Both the position numbers and the translations under genes were made by a program. A DNA stretch of 64,000 bases. Origin: Aureliella sp. (GTDB lineage Bacteria; Planctomycetota; Planctomycetia; Pirellulales; Pirellulaceae). The stretch is taken from contig JBKAHA010000019.1 of NCBI GenBank assembly GCA_046290675.1, positions 18,742 to 82,741 of the forward strand, read 5' to 3'. The notes under the pieces were generated by a model that made no database searches, had not been told where the DNA came from, and was given only the letters and a program-made list of their open reading frames with translations. Shown piece by piece: positions 59,590 through 64,000 of this stretch. Numbering within the stretch: the first letter of the stretch is position 1; every line of letters begins with the position of its first letter.

Positions 59590-60501
59590 ATGGCAAGCAC
59601 GAGAAACACACTTGAAAAGATTCGAAACAAGCTTGATGAGTCCATGGGGATTCGCGAGGTCGATAGTAAGCCGCAGCTAAGCCCCGTCCCAAATGCAAAA
59701 GATGTTGGCAGAAGGGCACTTCGAAACTTTGGCACGCTTGCGATCGAAAGCGTCATGCCAGACCCCGATCAGCCGCGAACGGAGTTTGATGAAGAAGAGA
59801 TCCAGCGACTCGCCAAGAGCATTCAAGACAAGGGCCAGCTTCACCCTATTCACGTTCGCTGGTCTGAAGATCACAACAAGTGGATCATCATCTCCGGAGA
59901 GCGAAGATTCAGAGCGACCAGAGCTGCCGGGCTTCCGAGTATCAACTGCCAGTTCGAAGAAAAGGAACTGAGTAAGACTCAGATTCTGGAACAGCAGCTC
60001 ATCGAAAATCTTCTTCGTGAAGACTTAAAACCGATTGAAGAGGCCAAAGCCTTTGATGAGTTGATGAAACTAAACGGCTGGAGTGGCAAGGAACTAGGGC
60101 AAGCCATACGAGTAAATCCATCGAAGATTACCCGTTCCCTCGCCTTGCTGAAACTGCCCGGCGATATCCAGGAAGAAGTCGAGAACGGCAAGCTATCAGC
60201 CAGGGCTGCCTATGAGCTCTCAAAGCTACCAAGTGATGAGCAGCGTCGCGCTGCCATGGCTAAAGGTGAAGACAACTCAGGTTCAGTTTCAATAGCCAAC
60301 GTGCAAAAGCAAGTTCGCCAGCGAAAAGGCAAAGCAGCTTCTCAGCCGCGCGGTGTTCGGCAGACGTTTGTGACTGACGAAGGTTGGAAGGTCACTGTAT
60401 CGGCCAATAAGAAAGGCAACTACCACGAGATGGAACAGGCTCTGCAGCAAGCCTTAGAAGAGGTTCGGCTACGAATCGAAAACAACGTGCACTTAGGCTA
60501 G
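59590..60501 (+). CDS. parB: ParB partition protein
   Basis: PDPDQPRTEF, GERRFRA, QLIENLLREDLKPIEEAKAF, HTH. Confidence 0.92.
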   Translation: MASTRNTLEKIRNKLDESMGIREVDSKPQLSPVPNAKDVGRRALRNFGTLAIESVMPDPDQPRTEFDEEEIQRLAKSIQDKGQLHPIHVRWSEDHNKWIIISGERRFRATRAAGLPSINCQFEEKELSKTQILEQQLIENLLREDLKPIEEAKAFDELMKLNGWSGKELGQAIRVNPSKITRSLALLKLPGDIQEEVENGKLSARAAYELSKLPSDEQRRAAMAKGEDNSGSVSIANVQKQVRQRKGKAASQPRGVRQTFVTDEGWKVTVSANKKGNYHEMEQALQQALEEVRLRIENNVHLG

Positions 60502-60503
60502 AT

Positions 60504-60540
60504 TTGCTCAACATTGCCAAATCGTGGTAATGTTAGAGCA
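60504..60540 (+). promoter_or_regulatory. Putative leaderless promoter overlapped by a palindromic operator
   Basis: TTGCTC-N18-TAATGT with TG extension; the predicted +1 coincides with the ATG at 60540; inverted repeat AACATTGCCA/TGGTAATGTT. Confidence 0.45.
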
Positions 60541-60908
60541 TGAGAATCTACCATGAAATGGTAAAGCAGGAGTGTGAGCGACGCGGAATTTCAATGCAGG
60601 AGCTGTTGCGTGCAGCTGGTGTCAGTTCCAACGCGTATTACTCTTTGGTCAGCAAAGAATCGGCTCTACCTAAAAGTGTTCAAAAGATCGCCCAAGCCTT
60701 GGATATTGCCCCCAGCATGCTGCTACACGACGAAAAGCTTGTCCTGCAAAAACACATACGCTTGCTCGAGCGAGTAAATGAAATCGCGGAGAAGCATCCG
60801 GATGCGGACAGAGATACCATTCGGCATACTCTCACTCTGCTTCGTGAACCACCCATAGACCGGCTACGGAGAGCCTTGGAACTTGGCCGAATCGGACTTT
60901 CTAACTGA
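60540..60908 (+). CDS. XRE-type HTH protein, putative antitoxin
   Basis: ISMQELLRAAGVSSNAYY..KIAQALDI HTH; C-terminal EPPIDRLRRA; overlaps the NTase gene. Confidence 0.7.
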   Translation: MRIYHEMVKQECERRGISMQELLRAAGVSSNAYYSLVSKESALPKSVQKIAQALDIAPSMLLHDEKLVLQKHIRLLERVNEIAEKHPDADRDTIRHTLTLLREPPIDRLRRALELGRIGLSN

Positions 60909-61383
60909 ATCAGGTGCAATTGGATTTCTTGCCGAACTAGTGCGAGCCGAGGTTCGCTTCATGGTGGTAGGAGCGTCAGCGGCGGTGCTTCAAGGCGTTC
61001 CGCTTGTCACACAGGATATCGATCTTTGGTTTGCAGAGCTTCCCGATCCAAAACTCCGCACAGTACTTTCGAAAGTTGGTGGTATCTATGTTCCATCAGT
61101 TGCACACAATCCACCAACTTTTGCCGGGGATGCGGTAAAGCTTTTCGATATCGTGGTGACCTGCCAGGGGCTTGAAAGCTTCGATGAAGAGTATGTAGAG
61201 GCTCTAGCCGTTGATCTTGGGCCAATTTCCGTGCCGGTCCTGCCACTTGAGCGGGTGATTCACAGCAAGCGTGCTGCTGGTCGTCAAAAGGATACCGCCG
61301 CGCTCCCTGCCCTCGAGACGGCAAGCAAGACCATATACGAAGAGCGAAAGCCAAAGCTCTGGTCTGAGATTAAACGCAAATAG
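60883..61383 (+). CDS. Nucleotidyltransferase (DUF6036/AbiEii-like), putative toxin
   Basis: VVGASAA..TQDID Pol-beta motif; SKRAAGRQKD C-terminal motif. Confidence 0.75.
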   Translation: MAESDFLTESGAIGFLAELVRAEVRFMVVGASAAVLQGVPLVTQDIDLWFAELPDPKLRTVLSKVGGIYVPSVAHNPPTFAGDAVKLFDIVVTCQGLESFDEEYVEALAVDLGPISVPVLPLERVIHSKRAAGRQKDTAALPALETASKTIYEERKPKLWSEIKRK

Positions 61384-61444
61384 CTTGCAGTTTATTTGCA
61401 GATAGAACTTTACTGTTTGCAGCAAAACGTGGTACCTCAACGGT

Positions 61445-61669
61445 ATGCTTAGAGAATTTCACGGAACCATAAATGCCTCAGGCCTATGTTCGCTCGGACA
61501 GACAGTGCCGACGACGCAGCTATGTGCCAATGCCTTGCCCATCTGGGCTGTTCTGGATGATTGCGCAGCCACGCGGGTTATACGTGAGCTGGTCGCAGGC
61601 AACCGTGTTCGGGCACTTCGCCTGCTTGAGGAATTTGCATACTCCCTGGGGAGCGAACCAAACAAGTGA
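61445..61669 (+). CDS. Small hypothetical protein
   Basis: 74-aa ORF co-oriented with the XRE/NTase pair. Confidence 0.4.
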   Translation: MLREFHGTINASGLCSLGQTVPTTQLCANALPIWAVLDDCAATRVIRELVAGNRVRALRLLEEFAYSLGSEPNK

Positions 61670-61673
61670 TTGG

Positions 61674-62357
61674 CTAAGCCAAACTCCTTTCATCGGTCAG
61701 CGTGTACTGCCGAGAATCCTCAAGCTCGATAAATGGCGAGTGATAGGACAAGAGCAATAGTGATTCTTCCCCTGTTCGAAACGTGTGCCGAAGCCCGCGA
61801 GCAAAGATCAATACATCGCCTCTCGACACCTCAATGACTTTCGTTTCTTCGGCATCGCAGATAACAAATTCTGCCTTTCCATCTGCAACGAAGATCACCC
61901 GATCGCTGTAGTCATGCGAGTGAATCGGAAGGTCACGAGTGCCTGGTTCAAATCGTAGCTTCAGCAACGCATCATCTGCATCTGATTCGAAGTACTCGCT
62001 CGCTCGCCACACACCGCCGGAAATTGAGGCAACACCTTCAAACGGCGAGCTCAATTCAAGCTGGTAGTCCTTTACTAGCTCTTCGAGGTCGTCAGTATTT
62101 ATCCCACCAGGGCTGAGGGCATTCGTCCTCCCGACTAGGCACGTACATACTGCCAGTCGCTTTGCTCGAATCTCTGCTTGTAGGTAGCTAGCAAGCCTTC
62201 TGCACTCCTCCATTACTCGAGCCAAAGCGGCATTCCAATAGCCAGTCTTTTGTTGATGTGTCAGAATTTGGAAGCGGTTGGATGTAAGCATGACTTTGCT
62301 CTTTGTGTAACGACGAAACTTTTGGCAGGGAGATGGATCCAACTCGAGCACCATCAA
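61674..62357 (-). CDS. Cupin domain protein
   Basis: PIHSHDYSDRVIFV..G and DVLIFARGLRHTF cupin motifs; true start probably downstream of 62357. Confidence 0.7.
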   Translation of the reverse strand: MMVLELDPSPCQKFRRYTKSKVMLTSNRFQILTHQQKTGYWNAALARVMEECRRLASYLQAEIRAKRLAVCTCLVGRTNALSPGGINTDDLEELVKDYQLELSSPFEGVASISGGVWRASEYFESDADDALLKLRFEPGTRDLPIHSHDYSDRVIFVADGKAEFVICDAEETKVIEVSRGDVLIFARGLRHTFRTGEESLLLLSYHSPFIELEDSRQYTLTDERSLA

Positions 62358-62956
62358 CGTCCGAGCAGCTCGGTGCCCATCAAAAAGTGCAGGTGCTGCT
62401 GCAAGAGTACAACTGTTTGCATCAGCTGTTGCTGTTTCGGCTTAACGCTCTTGACCGTCGCCTTCCAACAGCTTCTGGACTTTTATCGGTTGGCTTGGTT
62501 TCAGCAACGGCTCTGCCACTGAGAGCACAAACAGTTGTTCTTGTTTGCATGCCTCTGGCTTTGCTTTGGCTGACTCGAACGACCGTGCAGCACGCAAAAG
62601 CAAAGGAAGACAATCTTCGACGCATCGATGAAATCGAGCGGTTGGTCAACGCTGTCGCCGGTCAAGAACTGATGATGTTTCAGTCACGGCACCCAAACCT
62701 CGGAGCAACACCGGCTGGCCGAAGCGGCAACGCAACTGTTGCAGCCACCACATTTGGAAGCCTGGTTCTTGTCATACTCTGTATTGCGATGTTCGAGCAG
62801 AACGTGGGTCTTTCGATTGAACTGTATTTTGCCTACGCGGCTTTGTGTTTAGTCGGAATTGCGACAGCCCCGCTGGGACTGGCCAGGTATCGCTATCTAA
62901 AGCGGCCGCCAGAGATCTTGTCACCGCGGCAGTTTCGCTGGAGATCACACTCATAG
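62333..62956 (+). CDS. Multi-TM membrane protein of unknown function
   Basis: Probable ATG 62333; about four hydrophobic segments; N-terminal LLQEY helix. Confidence 0.55.
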   Translation: MDPTRAPSTSEQLGAHQKVQVLLQEYNCLHQLLLFRLNALDRRLPTASGLLSVGLVSATALPLRAQTVVLVCMPLALLWLTRTTVQHAKAKEDNLRRIDEIERLVNAVAGQELMMFQSRHPNLGATPAGRSGNATVAATTFGSLVLVILCIAMFEQNVGLSIELYFAYAALCLVGIATAPLGLARYRYLKRPPEILSPRQFRWRSHS

Positions 62957-62996
62957 TGTGTAGCCATTATTGCTACTTATAAGTGTGATGTACAGC

Positions 62997-63209
62997 ATGA
63001 AGCACAAAGATATTCGAATCGTAGTTGGCGAGAGAATCAGGGCTCTGCGCGAGGAGCACGGCTGGTCCCAGGAAGAGCTGGGTTTCGAGAGTGGACTTCA
63101 CCGCAACTACATCGGGGGGATCGAACGTGGGGAGCGAAACATCGCCATTCTCAACCTGGCAAAACTCGCAGAAGCTCTGGGAGTAAAGCCCAGAGACCTA
63201 CTTCCCTAG
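62997..63209 (+). CDS. XRE-family HTH regulator (C-protein-like)
   Basis: GERIRALREEHGWSQEELG..GLHRNYIGGIERGERNI..LAKLAEAL. Confidence 0.88.
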   Translation: MKHKDIRIVVGERIRALREEHGWSQEELGFESGLHRNYIGGIERGERNIAILNLAKLAEALGVKPRDLLP

Positions 63210-63281
63210 GGTTTTCCTGCAGAGCTCGGGCATTTGTTCAGGGAGGCCGTTTTCAGCTAGGATCTAGCTAAGACCCAATCT

Positions 63282-63623
63282 ATGGAGGAGAAAATGGCAA
63301 CTGATGTGCTACAGCCTGGAGAGATCGTGGCAGTCTGCCCTCGGCAACGACCGATCGAAGAACGCAAGACCTCAGTACTTGTGAAGACACCAACGCTTCG
63401 AGTCATGCGGATCGAGCTTCCCGCTGGTGAGGAGCTGAAAGAGCATAAGGCACCGGGCGATATCACCGTGCACTGCATCGCTGGAAAAGTGAACTTCACT
63501 GTCCACGGCTCAACTCAGGAACTCTCTGCTGGAAGCCTACTCTATCTTGCAGCAGAAGAGCTTCATGCAGTAGAAGCCATTGAGCCATCCGCCCTGCTCG
63601 TCACCGTTGCGATCCAAGGCTAG
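63282..63623 (+). CDS. Cupin domain protein
   Basis: LPAGEELKEHKAPGDITVHCIAG..ELHAVEA; ATG may be at 63294. Confidence 0.8.
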   Translation: MEEKMATDVLQPGEIVAVCPRQRPIEERKTSVLVKTPTLRVMRIELPAGEELKEHKAPGDITVHCIAGKVNFTVHGSTQELSAGSLLYLAAEELHAVEAIEPSALLVTVAIQG

Positions 63624-63629
63624 GCTACC

Positions 63630-63854
63630 GTGATGTTGCAGGCTATCGCTGGCTACCACCAGGACGAAGAGCAACACTGGGTTGCACAGCTTGCCTGCGG
63701 CCACAATCAGCACGTGCGGCACAATCCGCCTTTGGTCACTCGAGAGTGGGTCTTGTCCAAAGATGGACGTGAATCGATGCTTGGCTTCAAGCTCGAATGC
63801 AAGAAGTGTGAAGACGGTTCACCGCCGGACGAGCGGCCCAATGAAACACACTAG
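63630..63854 (+). CDS. DUF3565 domain protein
   Basis: GYHQDEEQHWVAQLACGHNQHVRHNPP..LECKKC. Confidence 0.8.
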   Translation: MMLQAIAGYHQDEEQHWVAQLACGHNQHVRHNPPLVTREWVLSKDGRESMLGFKLECKKCEDGSPPDERPNETH

Positions 63855-63921
63855 CAAAACTCACAGCTAATCTATAGGTGCCAGTTGCGCGCGTCGTGAA
63901 AAGTTGAATAACCTCACAGTA

Positions 63922-63942
63922 GCTGTCCCCGTTTTGGGGACA
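63922..63942. repeat. Palindrome TGTCCCC-GTTTT-GGGGACA; 15-bp inverted match to the left-end motif
   Basis: 63922-63936 is the exact reverse complement of 16486-16500. Confidence 0.4.
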
Positions 63943-64000
63943 CGGCTGAGCCGATGGCATCATTTCTGCGGTCTCTCTATCGAACTAACCTAGTGGCAGA

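Larger units (their letters stand above)
16390..64000. mobile_element. tRNA-Leu-integrated element (integrative plasmid / IME-like defence island); right end outside the window
   Basis: An integrase lies 155 bp after tRNA-Leu and is followed by an excisionase, relaxase/coupling genes, Rep-ParAB, a resolvase and defence systems. I found no second copy of the tRNA 3' end (attR) by eye. Confidence 0.85.

Overview
Bacterial chromosome segment. Its gene content (PVC-type dehydrogenase, zinc-ribbon and prepilin proteins) suggests a planctomycete; this is inferred, not verified. Positions 1-16.4 kb hold core-like genes: SGNH/PVC-type dehydrogenase, anti-sigma-like protein, ruvX, trmK, a prepilin, an ammonium transporter fused to a chemoreceptor domain, tRNA-His, gltS, degP and tRNA-Leu(CAG). 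From the 3' end of tRNA-Leu to the window end lies a large integrated element of at least 47 kb whose right att site is not in the window. It carries an integrase and excisionase, and a 4-gene mobilisation-like operon (two Replic_Relax/MOB_C-like proteins, a polytopic coupling ATPase, a coiled-coil membrane protein) with no VirB4 or mating-pore genes visible. It also carries a complete plasmid-type replicon (Rep, DnaA box plus iterons, ParA/ParB with three palindromic parS candidates) and a resolvase with its core site. The defence cargo is dense: Fic, an AbiE-like type IV TA pair, a two-gene Lamassu, class I DISARM with a Kiwa-like kwaAB pair nested between drmMI and drmA, and an XRE/nucleotidyltransferase pair. 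All family assignments come from motif recognition by eye; no database searches were run.
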